The translations under genes were made by a program, and so were the position numbers. From Planctomycetota bacterium (GTDB lineage Bacteria > Planctomycetota > UBA8108 > SXIK01): a stretch of DNA of 64,000 bases. The notes below the pieces were generated by a model. It was not told the DNA's origin and searched no databases. It saw only the letters and a program-made list of their open reading frames with translations. Positions 37,957 through 48,125 of this stretch are shown piece by piece. The number at the start of each line of letters is the position of its first letter. The stretch's first letter is position 1. The stretch is taken from assembly GCA_965223845.1 (NCBI GenBank), contig CBDCXR010000004.1:3296001-3360000 (forward strand), given 5' to 3'.

Positions 37957-39354
37957 TCAGGGATACGACGCGACGCGGTTCTTACCCTGCCTCTTCGCCT
38001 TGAAGAGCGCGATGTCGGCCGACTGGAGGAGATCGTTCTCATCCTGATCGGCGAGGAGCGTGCTCACTCCCACACTCACGGTGACCGTCGTGCCGTCCTC
38101 CCCCTCGAGCTCGCTCACCGAGAAGGGATACCGCGCCACGGATTCGACGAGCTTGTCGGCGGCCTTACGGGCCATCGCGGCGTCGGTTTCCGGCAGCAGG
38201 ATGACGAACTCGTCGCCGCCGTAGCGACAGACAACGTCGGTCTCGCGGAAGGTTTCGGCCAAGACCGCCGCGATTTCCTTGAGAACCTGGTCGCCCTGGA
38301 GGTGACCGTGGGCGTCGTTCACCTGTTTGAAGCTGTCGAGGTCGACGAAGACGAGCGAAACGTCGCGTGCGTAGCGAATCGAGCGCTCGACCTCGGCGTG
38401 AAGACGCACCATGAACTGACGCCGGTTGAAGGTTCCGGTGAGCGGATCGATGATCGACTGGCGCTTGATCTCCCGGCTGAGGCGTAGGTTCTCGATGAGG
38501 AGGCCGATGATGTCGCCGAGCGCGCCGAGGAAGTCTTTCTGAAGCTCGCTCACGCGCCCCAGACTCGTGAAGTACTCTCTTTCCTGCTCGTACGGAAGGA
38601 CCTCGCAGAAGCCGAGCAGGTTCCCGTGGCAAGTCAATCGAACGATCATCCTCCCCTCGTGCTCCCCCACCGCCACGTCGCCGAAGAGAAACTCGCGGAG
38701 AACGGGCGTATCAGCGAGCGGAACCGGAACCGGTTCGACTTCGCGTGTCGAGTAGGCGACGCGGAGCTCGTCACCAGCGAGGAGATAGAACGTGACCTCG
38801 CGGTATCCGAGACTCGTCGTCTGCGTGAGAATGCGAGCGGCGTCGGCGAACAGCTCGTTCTCGTTGGCGGCGCCGAGAAGATCGCGCGTGATGACCGGCG
38901 TCCACTTGATCTTCTCGGATAGGTGATACACCCGGAGGGACGATTGGATCGCCGCGGACGCCCGTCCCTTCTGCTCCTCGACTTCGCGCCGCAACCGCTC
39001 GAGAACGGAGCTCTCGTGGCCGCAGTCACGGGCGTAGACGACGACGAGAGCACGCTGTTTCCAGCGCACTCGCCGGAACCGGAATTCAGCGGAGAGATCC
39101 TCACCGTGAGGACGCAAGATCTCGCCGGAGACGGTGAGGTCGAGCCCGGGTTCGTCTCGTTGAAGAAACGCGTCGACGACCGACGGCTCGATGACGCGGA
39201 CGATGCGCGACCAGTGCCAAGGCCGCTGCTCGAAATCGGTTACCGTCGCGTCGATGAGACGGAGAAACTGCTCGTTGAGGCCGAGGATCGTGCCGGATTC
39301 GGCGTCGCAGAACGCGGCGGGGAACGGGAGGCACGTTCCGAGGAGGAGGGCCAT
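37957..39354 (-). CDS. Sensor diguanylate cyclase (PAS-like/GAF-like plus GGDEF)
   Basis: DPLTGTFNRR, DLDSFKQVND.HGH..GD, RETD I-site, RYGGDEF, ADIALFKAKRQGKN. Start uncertain (ATG 39354 chosen). Confidence 0.9.
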   Translation of the reverse strand: MALLLGTCLPFPAAFCDAESGTILGLNEQFLRLIDATVTDFEQRPWHWSRIVRVIEPSVVDAFLQRDEPGLDLTVSGEILRPHGEDLSAEFRFRRVRWKQRALVVVYARDCGHESSVLERLRREVEEQKGRASAAIQSSLRVYHLSEKIKWTPVITRDLLGAANENELFADAARILTQTTSLGYREVTFYLLAGDELRVAYSTREVEPVPVPLADTPVLREFLFGDVAVGEHEGRMIVRLTCHGNLLGFCEVLPYEQEREYFTSLGRVSELQKDFLGALGDIIGLLIENLRLSREIKRQSIIDPLTGTFNRRQFMVRLHAEVERSIRYARDVSLVFVDLDSFKQVNDAHGHLQGDQVLKEIAAVLAETFRETDVVCRYGGDEFVILLPETDAAMARKAADKLVESVARYPFSVSELEGEDGTTVTVSVGVSTLLADQDENDLLQSADIALFKAKRQGKNRVASYP

Positions 39355-39815
39355 TTCGTCGCCGGTAAAGCACGACGACACCGCGAGCGGGAGATTCCCG
39401 TCGGAGACGACCGGGCCGGAGTGGAGTACGCTCGATTTCGCCTGGCTCAAGGTGCGCAACCCTCGATTCGTGGAGCGCAGCCACGGGGCCCGAGCAGCGG
39501 GAAGCGGGGACATCCCGCCGTGCCTCGCGGTTCGATTCTCGCGGAAGCCCACCGGCTGTCCGGCGGAGCTCGTGCGAGCCCGGAGAGTGCGCCGTCGAAG
39601 TATACCTCGGTGTTCGAAAGCTAGCCGCCCGCGCACGATGACTCCGAGTCGAGGACCCTCTCGTCGGCGTTTCGATCGGCCGGGATGGAAGAACGGAATC
39701 CCCGGGTATTCGCGGAAGTACGCGGCCCGCCGGGCGCGAACTCGCGTAGTTCTCGGCGGGATGAGTCTCGTTCGGGTAGTCCCGTTCGCGTCGGGAGTCG
39801 TGGGCCGGAACGACG

Positions 39816-39844
39816 TTTACGGCCCCGAGAGGGCGGTCTATAAT
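39816..39844 (+). promoter_or_regulatory. Sigma70-type promoter
   Basis: TTTACG, 17-nt spacer, TATAAT; about 360 bp upstream of the 40204 gene. Confidence 0.5.
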
Positions 39845-40203
39845 GTCGAGCCCGAGTTCGGGCCGGGACGCGGCGGGGCGCTCCATCTCCTGCTCGAGTG
39901 ACCCTCGAAGTGGTCGACGGATGGCGTCGAAGGCGGTCGCGAGCTCGACGGAACGGCGGTCCAGACTTGACGTCGGGCGCTCGTCCGTCACGCGGCCGAA
40001 GACCGATCGCGACCGCTCCGACGCCGTCCGTCGACCGGCCTCGACTCCGCGAAGCGGACGTCACCGGCCTCGCCGTCGGCCCCCGAGCGGATCGACGCGC
40101 CGCTCCGCGGGATTCCGGGCGCTTCGATAGAACGGTCGCTTCGCTCTAGCGCGTCAGTTCGAGTTCGGTTTCGAGCTCGCCTCTCCCATCGACAGGACAG
40201 TCC

Positions 40204-40935
40204 GTGAAATCAGCCGACAAGATCTCCGCCGCAATCAAGGCGGCCGATAAGTCCGACGCGCACCGAACGACAAGCGTCGCATCCTACCCCGAGACGATCG
40301 TAGAAACCGTCGCGTTTCACCACCTGCACCGCGTGCTGCCCGCGAAGGACGCGCTGCGCAGCTTCCAGCGCTTGAGCGAAGAGTTCGTCGATTGGAACGA
40401 GGTGCGGGTGAGCACGATCAAAGAGATCCGGCAGCAGATCGCCGACGGTCCGGACTCGCTCGACACCGCGGTCTTCATCAAGGACTTCCTCGAGCACGTC
40501 TTCCGCGAACGCCACTCGGTAGATCTCGAGCCGCTCCGCGAAGCGAACATAACGGACGTCCGCAGGGCGCTGAAGCCCGTGCGCGGCATCGATCTCGCGA
40601 CGATCGAGCTCGTCCTTCTCCGCGTCAAATCGCATCCCGTGCTGCCGCTCAACCCGGAGATGGAGGCGCTCGTCGATGCGTCGGGCTTGGTCAAGACCGG
40701 GGATACGCGAGATCGAAAAGCGAAGGCGCTCTTCGAAAAGTGTGCGAGCGAGCGAGTGCTCCTCGTCCACCACTACCTTCTCGATCTCTCCCGTGCGATC
40801 GGACCGATCGAGGATGGTACGTTTAGCGGGGCGAAGACTCAGCTCAAGTCTGCATTGACGGCCCAGATCAAGGGGAGCGGGAAGCGCTCCTCCGGCGGGA
40901 CGAAGCCCAAGTCGAAGAAACCGTCGGCGGTCTAA
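40204..40935 (+). CDS. Endonuclease III-like (HhH-GPD fold) protein, apparently degenerate
   Basis: FQRLSEEFVDWNEVRVS...LKPVRGIDLATIELVLL...HPVLPLN; Lys-rich tail; no Fe-S Cys motif. Confidence 0.6.
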   Translation: MKSADKISAAIKAADKSDAHRTTSVASYPETIVETVAFHHLHRVLPAKDALRSFQRLSEEFVDWNEVRVSTIKEIRQQIADGPDSLDTAVFIKDFLEHVFRERHSVDLEPLREANITDVRRALKPVRGIDLATIELVLLRVKSHPVLPLNPEMEALVDASGLVKTGDTRDRKAKALFEKCASERVLLVHHYLLDLSRAIGPIEDGTFSGAKTQLKSALTAQIKGSGKRSSGGTKPKSKKPSAV

Positions 40936-41127
40936 CGACTAAGGCAGACTGCCCGTTGAAGAACTCATTCGGCCGAGAGCTCGGCGCGATCACGCTCAGC
41001 TTGGCCGCCCGAATCCTCGATAGTCACGGAGATCGTCCGCGTTCGCCGCAGCCGATCTGAACGCAACCGAGCCGGTTCTCGACTCGAAGCATCTTTTTCC
41101 ATCGGACGGCTAAGAGGTCACAACGAA

Positions 41128-41937
41128 ATGGCCGGCCACTCGAAGTGGAACAATATCAAGCACCGCAAAGAGGCGGCGGACAACAAGCGCGGCAAGGTCT
41201 TCTCCAAGATGGCGAAGCTCATCATGGTCGCCGCGCGCGCCGGCGGAGGGAATCCGAACGAGAATCTGCCGCTTCGCTACGCGATCGAGCGGGCGCGCGC
41301 CGAATCGATGCCCAAGGACTCGATCGAGCGCGCCATCAAGAAGGGAACGGGTGAGCTCGAAGCGGACGAGGTCGTCGAGCTGACCTACGAGGGGATCTGC
41401 CCGGGCGGTGTTTCGGTCATCGTGGAGGCCCTCACCGACAACCGCAATCGAACCGGCGGTGAGGTGCGCAACCTGCTCGAGAAGCGCGGTGGCTCGCTCG
41501 GAAAGTCGAACTCCGTCCTGTGGAAGTTCGACCGCCGCGGCGTCCTCGGAGTGCGGGCGGAAGAGGCCGGCGAGGAGGAGCTCTTCGACGTCGGAATCGA
41601 AGCCGGCGCGGAGAACATCGAAGAAGAGGACGGTGTCTTTTACGTGTACTCGAAGACCGACGACTTCGAGAGCGTCCGAGGCGCGCTCCAAGACCTCCTC
41701 GAGAAGAAGCGCGAGCGTCCGGACAAGAAATGGGGCGAGGCGGCGGACGATCGCCCGCTTTTCACCAAGAGCGAGTTTGCTTACTTGCCGCAGAATCCGA
41801 TCGCGCTCGATGCGGCGAAGGCGAAGCAGGTTCTCGACCTGATCGGGGAGCTCGAAGACCACGACGACGTGCAAAACGTCTACAGCGATCTCGATCTGAC
41901 GGACGAGGTGCTGGCCGCCCTCTCGGCCGAGGAGTGA
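41128..41937 (+). CDS. yebC: YebC/PmpR family protein
   Basis: MAGHSKWNNIKHRK, MPKDSIERAIKK, YEG..PGG, TDNRNRT, LEDHDDVQNVY. Confidence 0.95.
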   Translation: MAGHSKWNNIKHRKEAADNKRGKVFSKMAKLIMVAARAGGGNPNENLPLRYAIERARAESMPKDSIERAIKKGTGELEADEVVELTYEGICPGGVSVIVEALTDNRNRTGGEVRNLLEKRGGSLGKSNSVLWKFDRRGVLGVRAEEAGEEELFDVGIEAGAENIEEEDGVFYVYSKTDDFESVRGALQDLLEKKRERPDKKWGEAADDRPLFTKSEFAYLPQNPIALDAAKAKQVLDLIGELEDHDDVQNVYSDLDLTDEVLAALSAEE

Positions 41938-42012
41938 CGGCGGTCGCGAAGCCGCTTCGCCGGTTTTAGCGAACGGACTTGCGCAGGCGCTCTCTCGCTG
42001 CGCCCCGAGCGG

Positions 42013-42462
42013 TCACACGCGAGGCTTTTGCACCAGGAAGTTCGCGTAGTTTTCGATCCGTACGCGATCGTTGTAGGTTTCGTCGAGTTCGTGCCAATGG
42101 CAGACCGACTCCTCGCCGAAAGTCCAGCAGAGGAAGACCTTCCGGCCGTTGTAGAGCGAGGGAAAATTGATGATCCCGCGCTTGAACTCCTCGACGAAGC
42201 AGCCGAGGTCTTCGACTTCGCGGATGTAGGAGTTGATCTTGTCGATCTGAAAATTGAGATCTTGCTTGATGGCTTCGACTCGCGCTTTGCGTTCGTCCGG
42301 CGAGAGGACCTCATCGCCCGCGTCGATTCCCTTCTCGAGGCATTCGAGCTCCGTACGCTTGAAGATGATCGTCTCCCACTTGGTCGTGATGTCTTCGACG
42401 ATCTTCCGGAGGAGCGGGAGCATTCGGTTGCTCTCTTCGATCGATATCAGCCTCGATTCCAT
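42013..42462 (-). CDS. DUF2203 family protein
   Basis: SIEESNRMLPLL...LGC...GIINFPS...VFLCWTFGEESVCHWHELD. Confidence 0.85.
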   Translation of the reverse strand: MESRLISIEESNRMLPLLRKIVEDITTKWETIIFKRTELECLEKGIDAGDEVLSPDERKARVEAIKQDLNFQIDKINSYIREVEDLGCFVEEFKRGIINFPSLYNGRKVFLCWTFGEESVCHWHELDETYNDRVRIENYANFLVQKPRV

Positions 42463-42899
42463 TCGTGTGTCCGTTCAGGGCGTGGGGTGAAGGGCGGTTC
42501 GCTCGAGCGCGGCGGGCGGGAGGTCGAACGGCGACACTCGCGAGAACGCTCCAGCGAACGATCGTCTTTGAGCATCTCGTGTGCCGGCGTCCGCGCGTGG
42601 CGCGGAGACTACGCATCCCTTTCTCGATCAAAGACTTATGCGATCTCGCGCGGCGCTCCCCGCTAGGGCCCCGACCGCGGATCGTCCAAGACTGAGACGC
42701 GTTCCCCAAGCTCGCACCGAACCCCGTGCACAGTGGCGGATTGACTTTCGCCCGCGGGGTTCGTTGGATGCCGCTTCGGCCCGTAGCAGAGATCCGGTCG
42801 AGGCCGCCAGAAAGTGAAGAGGACGGTGAAGGGATGCGAGAGCGTTCTCGGGGGATCCGCCCGGCCCCTCGGCCGCGTGCCACGGGCGCGGACCATCGG

Positions 42900-45281
42900 A
42901 TGCCGGTGCGATGGGCGGCGCCGCTCATTCTCGCGCTCCTGTCCTGCGGGTTCGCTTCGAGCGTCGCAGCTCAGGAATTGCCGACGATTCGGATCATCAG
43001 CCGAATCTCGATCGAAGGGCTCCGGCGCGAATCCGAGGCGGACCTGCTCGCCAGCCTCCGCGAGCACATCCGAGTCGGCGACCCGTACTCGCCCGAAGTC
43101 GAGAGCCGCGTCGCGGGTCAGCTCTATCTGACGCAGAAATTTCGGCGCGTTCGTCTCAAGCAGCGCATCGAGCGCGAGGATAGCGTCGAGCTGATCTTCG
43201 AGGTCGAGGAGCGGCCGAGTGTTCTCGCACTCGCGTTCGAGGGGCGCCGGGCGCTCTCGGTAAAGCACTTGAAGACTACGGCGCCGGCGCTTCGCACGCG
43301 CGTCGGCTCGCTGTTCAACGAGTCTCACCTCGTTCAGGACGAAGAGGCGCTCGTCGACAAATACCACGAAGCCGGTTACGTGTTCGCGACGGTGAAGGCC
43401 GACGTTCAGTCGTCGCCCGAGGGAGTTCGAGTGCGCTTCGTGATCGATGAGGGCACGCGCGTACGCGTCCGCGAAGTTCGCTTCGAGGGCAATCACACGA
43501 TCAGCAGCTCGGAGCTGCGCGGAGTGATGTCGACGCGGAAGAAAGGTTGGCTGTTCGGCCTTCTCACCCCGGGGTTTTACGACTACGAAACCCTCGAGCG
43601 CGACCTCCGAAACATTCGCGCCTACTACGGCCGGCGCGGCTTCTTCGACGTCCGCGCCGAGCTGAAGAGCCTCGACTTCGACGACGCCATGGAGCGCCTG
43701 ACGATCACCGTCGCGATCAGCGAGGGTCAACAGTATCAGTTTCGCGGATATCGATTCCGCGGCAACGCCGTGTTTCCCACGTCCACGCTCGAAGATCTAA
43801 CTACGGGCGTCCCCGGCGAACCGTTCGACATGGAGACGGTTCAGCGGGATCGAGACGCGATCTTCAACTACTACGGAGACCGCGCGTACATCGAGGCCCA
43901 AGTCGAATTCGAGCCGAAGTTTCCGCTGGCTGGAACGTCGGTGTTCGTCGACTTCGACATCGAGGAGAACAACGAGATCTATATCGAGGAGGTCCGGATC
44001 CGCGGCAACGACAAGACGCGCGATCCGGTGATTCGACGGGAGCTCGAGTTCTTTCCCGGTGAGCGCGTCGACCGTTCGAAGATCGTCGAGAGTCGCTCAA
44101 ACCTCCACCGCCTCCAGTATTTCAACTCGGTTCAGTTCGACTACGAGCCCGGCTCGGCGCCGGGCAGCCGCCATGTCGTCGTGAACGTCGAGGAAGAGTC
44201 GACGGGCCGGCTGATTCTCGGGTTCGGAGTGACGAGCGGCTTCGGCGTGATCGGGAACTTCAGCATCTCGAAGCGCAACTTCGACATCACCGACTTTCCC
44301 GACTCGTTCTACGACATCCCGGACTCATTCACCGGCGCGGGTCAGACGCTGAACCTCGCCGCGCAGCCGGGAACGCGGCGGTCCCTCTATCGATTCAGCC
44401 TCACCGAGCCGTATCTCTTCAACACTCGGAACTCGCTCACCGTGACCGCGTCGAAGCTCACCGTGATCCGCCGCGATTACGATGAAGACCGCGCGAGCTT
44501 CGCCCCGCGAGTCGGCCACCGCTTCGACTTCGATCGAGATTTCGTCGTCTCGATGGGAGGCAGGATCGAAGACGTCGAAATCCGGCGGATCGAGGCCGAC
44601 GCTCCTCAAGCCGCGTTCGATGCCGACGGTCACACGACCGTGGTGGCGCTGAGCGCCGGAGTCGATCACGACAAAGTGCTCTACGAATACCTCGAGGGAC
44701 CGTACGACGGCACTCTGAGCAGCGTGCTCTACGAGTACGCCGGCGGATTCCTCGGCGGCGAGGTCGACTTTCACAAGCTCGAAACGACGAACGAGTTTTA
44801 CTTTCCGCTCTACGTTTATCAAAGCGGTCCCGACACCCTCCACCACGTGGTCTCACTCAAAAATCGCTTCGGATGGATCGAACCGCACGAGAAAGACGAC
44901 GACATCCCGATCTTCGAGCGGTTCTTCCTCGGGGGGCCGAACAGCGTACGCGGATTCCGCTTTCGCGGCATGGGACCGCACGAAGGCTCTGACCCCGTCG
45001 GAGGGACCGCGATGGTTTGGGGAAACCTCGAGTACAGCTTCCCGATCGTGCAGAAGATGCTCCGCGGTGTCCTCTTCGTCGACTACGGCAACCTCGCGCC
45101 GACGATCTCCCGCCTCGACGTGTTCGATCGGATGCGCGTCGTCGTGGGCGGCGGCCTGCGTCTCAACTTTCCGTTCCTCGGCCAGCCGATACCCATCGGG
45201 CTCTACCTCGGCACTCCGCTCCGCGACGAGCCGGAGGATCGCACACGAGTTTTTCTCTTCACGATCGGCGCCAGGTTCTGA
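42900..45281 (+). CDS. bamA: Outer membrane protein assembly factor BamA
   Basis: Signal peptide from ATG 42900, POTRA repeats (GNDKTRDPVIRREL), FFLGGPNSVRGF, C-terminal Phe. Confidence 0.93.
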   Translation: MPVRWAAPLILALLSCGFASSVAAQELPTIRIISRISIEGLRRESEADLLASLREHIRVGDPYSPEVESRVAGQLYLTQKFRRVRLKQRIEREDSVELIFEVEERPSVLALAFEGRRALSVKHLKTTAPALRTRVGSLFNESHLVQDEEALVDKYHEAGYVFATVKADVQSSPEGVRVRFVIDEGTRVRVREVRFEGNHTISSSELRGVMSTRKKGWLFGLLTPGFYDYETLERDLRNIRAYYGRRGFFDVRAELKSLDFDDAMERLTITVAISEGQQYQFRGYRFRGNAVFPTSTLEDLTTGVPGEPFDMETVQRDRDAIFNYYGDRAYIEAQVEFEPKFPLAGTSVFVDFDIEENNEIYIEEVRIRGNDKTRDPVIRRELEFFPGERVDRSKIVESRSNLHRLQYFNSVQFDYEPGSAPGSRHVVVNVEEESTGRLILGFGVTSGFGVIGNFSISKRNFDITDFPDSFYDIPDSFTGAGQTLNLAAQPGTRRSLYRFSLTEPYLFNTRNSLTVTASKLTVIRRDYDEDRASFAPRVGHRFDFDRDFVVSMGGRIEDVEIRRIEADAPQAAFDADGHTTVVALSAGVDHDKVLYEYLEGPYDGTLSSVLYEYAGGFLGGEVDFHKLETTNEFYFPLYVYQSGPDTLHHVVSLKNRFGWIEPHEKDDDIPIFERFFLGGPNSVRGFRFRGMGPHEGSDPVGGTAMVWGNLEYSFPIVQKMLRGVLFVDYGNLAPTISRLDVFDRMRVVVGGGLRLNFPFLGQPIPIGLYLGTPLRDEPEDRTRVFLFTIGARF

Positions 45282-45492
45282 CGAGCTTCACCCGCTCGCG
45301 GCAAGATCCCGCGATCGAACGCGACGGGCCGATCGAAAGCCGGCGGTCGCGCCTGCGACTGGTATAATCGCCCTGGCCGCGGCCCGAGCGTCACTCGTCG
45401 GAGACGACGGGAAGAGCCTCGCCGCCGGCGCGTCTCAACCGCAGAGTTGAGCAAGTCTGACGAACCGCGTCTGTTCGGGGGATGGACTCACG

Positions 45493-46992
45493 ATGTCGAA
45501 GCATTTGCGACCGCAATTCGTCGCGTTCCTGTTCACCTTCGCGGCTCTCTCGCCGTCGACGGTCTCGGCTCAGAACGATCCGCCGAGCGCCGACGACGCC
45601 CCCAGCGGCGATTCGTCCGCGGCAAACGACAAGACGCGCCTCGCGGAATACATCAAGCGCTGGATCGCCACGCCACCGCGCCGCGCTGACGCTCAAGTCG
45701 CGCTCGCGGAGTGGTGCCAGACGCAAGGCCTCGCGGGCCGCGCCCGTGAGCATTTCGAGAAGGCGATCGCGATCGATTCCGATTGCAAGGCCGCTCGCAC
45801 CGCGCTCGGGTACGAACGCTACGGCACCGAGTGGCGGCGAAAGGGCGAGCGTCCCGCCGCTCGGATCTCGGCGGCAACGACGGGCAGCTCCTCGTCGACG
45901 TCCGGGACGAGACCTCGCACCGAGTCGAAACCGCCCCCGACCGAAACGGCGACGGCGAGTGCGGAAACCGTCGCGCGAGAGGCAGCGGACACCGCGGACG
46001 CCGCGACCGTCGAGGTGGTGAGCCCGTCCTCTCGACTCGAGGAGAAGAAGAAGTGGGCCGCGGCGGCTGCCGAGCGATTCGGCATCCGATTTCAGACCTT
46101 CGAGAGCAGCGACTTTCTGATCCATTCGACCCTCGCAAAGGGCGACAAGCCCTTCAAGGATCTCGTGGCCCATCTCAAGCATCTAAAGTCCACCCTCGCT
46201 TCGGTGATCGGGCGCGAGAAGACGGTTTGGCCGGCGAAACTGCAGCTCGTTCTCCTTCGCTCGGAGCCCGAGTACGAGCGCTTCGCACTCAACATCGACG
46301 GCGTCAAATCGGCGCGCAACCCGGAAGGATCCTATACGCAGGGCGAACACACCGTGCTGTGGAAGCCTCACAGCGAGAAGCTTCCGATCGTCGTCGGGGC
46401 GACCGCGGTCGAAGAGTTCGGCGAGCCGACCCGCTGGGTCGGCTGGTGGCTGCGAGACGGGATCGCAGAGCTCGTTCTCGCGCGAAGCGCGGTCGGTCAG
46501 CGCGATCTCCACTACGAGACGACTTTTCTCAGCGCGGCGGAGGAGCTCGCCGAAGACGGCGACGGAACGCGGGTGTATCAGCTTCTCGAGACGCCCGAGA
46601 ATCAAGGAAGGCGAGCGCAGGGGAACGAAGCGCTCGCGATGACGTTGGTCGATTTTCTCGTGCGCAAGAGTGGCCGAGGGTTCGCGCAGTTCCTACGGAC
46701 GATGAAGTCGACGGACGCGCCCGCTCTGCCCGCGGACGAAGCGGAGTTCGATACCTATTTCGCCGCGTACGTCGCGTTCCAGGAGAAGGCGCTCGCGAAG
46801 CACCTCCGAATGTCCGGCGCCGAGCTCAATCAGCGCTGGAAGGCGTACGTCGGGGCGGTCGCGGCGAAGGCGGAGAAGACGATCGAAGCCGCCGAGAAGG
46901 AAGCGGAGCGGAAGGAGAACGAGAGGCGCGACCGAGACCGCGATCGCGGGGGCCGGCGGGGAGGGCGCGGCCGCGGCGGCGATCGGCGCTGA
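45493..46992 (+). CDS. Secreted hypothetical protein (TPR-like N-domain, degenerate peptidase-MA-like C-domain)
   Basis: Signal peptide; LAEWC..QGL...AIAIDSD..AARTALGY; WWLRDGIAE; extended -10 TGGTATAAT near 45360. Confidence 0.7.
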   Translation: MSKHLRPQFVAFLFTFAALSPSTVSAQNDPPSADDAPSGDSSAANDKTRLAEYIKRWIATPPRRADAQVALAEWCQTQGLAGRAREHFEKAIAIDSDCKAARTALGYERYGTEWRRKGERPAARISAATTGSSSSTSGTRPRTESKPPPTETATASAETVAREAADTADAATVEVVSPSSRLEEKKKWAAAAAERFGIRFQTFESSDFLIHSTLAKGDKPFKDLVAHLKHLKSTLASVIGREKTVWPAKLQLVLLRSEPEYERFALNIDGVKSARNPEGSYTQGEHTVLWKPHSEKLPIVVGATAVEEFGEPTRWVGWWLRDGIAELVLARSAVGQRDLHYETTFLSAAEELAEDGDGTRVYQLLETPENQGRRAQGNEALAMTLVDFLVRKSGRGFAQFLRTMKSTDAPALPADEAEFDTYFAAYVAFQEKALAKHLRMSGAELNQRWKAYVGAVAAKAEKTIEAAEKEAERKENERRDRDRDRGGRRGGRGRGGDRR

Positions 46993-47061
46993 CGCGAAGG
47001 CTCGGTACTCGCAGGTTCGCCCAAACGGTAGGTGGCGACCCCGCGTCCGCGGAATCGTCCT

Positions 47062-47898
47062 TCAGCTCGTCTGCCAGTCGATCGCGCCGCGAAGCGATTC
47101 GTCCACCTGTTCTTCGAAGAGCTGCTCGAAGTCGTCGCGATCGTATTCCCGCGGAGCGCGGAATACGAAGACGATGTTGTTCTTGAGGAAGCTCTTCTTC
47201 TCACTCATCACGACACAGCTCTCGTTCTCGAGAAGGTCGCGATAGGTGCTCGCAGCGTCGGCGAGTTTTTCCGGCGCGAGGCCCTTGACGGTCAGCTTGT
47301 AGGCGCTGCTCCGCTCGAGAGCGATGATGAGAAGAAACGCGAACGCGGCGGCGAGCACGCCGACGTGCGGAATATCGAGTCCACAGCAGAGACCGACACA
47401 GGTAACGAGGATCACGCGCCCGGTATCCTTCGCCGCACCGACGTCGGTTCGGAATCGCATCAATCCCCCGATGCCGAAGAGGACGAAGGCGTAGACGGAA
47501 CCGAGAAGGGCGATCCTCCCGGCGATCGCGCCGACGACCGCGTACATGATGTAAGTCTTGGGAGACTCGAGCTCCTCGAGGCTACGCGCCTTGCCGTAGC
47601 TCCACGGGTGGTAGGCGATCACGGCCGCGAGGAGCGCCGCGAGACCGAGTGCCACGAGAAGCTGCAAGACTCGGGGAGCATCGAGAAGCTTCGAAAGGGG
47701 AGCGACGACATCCTCCCACTTCACCTCGTCCGGCGAACCGCCCGCAACAGCCTGCGCTTGGACGACCGGAAGAGGGTTGGCCGCAGCTTCCGCCTGCGCT
47801 TCGACCGGCGGCAGCCCATCGGTCACCGAAGCGGCGAGACTCAAGAGGACGGACAGTCCGGCGATGATCGCGACGATCGCGGGGAGGGACGGTCTCAT
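47062..47898 (-). CDS. DUF4956-like membrane protein
   Basis: AFVLFGIGGLMRFRT..AKDT...VGLCCG, several TM helices, C-terminal ACT-like region. Confidence 0.75.
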   Translation of the reverse strand: MRPSLPAIVAIIAGLSVLLSLAASVTDGLPPVEAQAEAAANPLPVVQAQAVAGGSPDEVKWEDVVAPLSKLLDAPRVLQLLVALGLAALLAAVIAYHPWSYGKARSLEELESPKTYIMYAVVGAIAGRIALLGSVYAFVLFGIGGLMRFRTDVGAAKDTGRVILVTCVGLCCGLDIPHVGVLAAAFAFLLIIALERSSAYKLTVKGLAPEKLADAASTYRDLLENESCVVMSEKKSFLKNNIVFVFRAPREYDRDDFEQLFEEQVDESLRGAIDWQTS

Positions 47899-48125
47899 GG
47901 GGTCTATTACCGAGGGGGCGACGGATCGCTCGAGGCCGCGCGGCGAGGCCTCTCCCGCCGGGACGACCGCTGCCGCAGGTTGCGGCAGAGAAACTACTTA
48001 TGCCTTCATAATACCGCGTCACCGACGCGGGGGGAACCGGAGGCATGAGCTCCGGGCGGAGCTTCCTTCGGGAGCGACCGCCACCGACCCGTGCCGGCGG
48101 GTTGCCGCCATAACGGCCCCCCGAA

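Noticed and set aside
39355-40203. Riboswitch or ncRNA (e.g. c-di-GMP) in the long spacer upstream of the GGDEF gene
   Set aside because: No recognisable aptamer consensus by eye; an Rfam scan would be needed.
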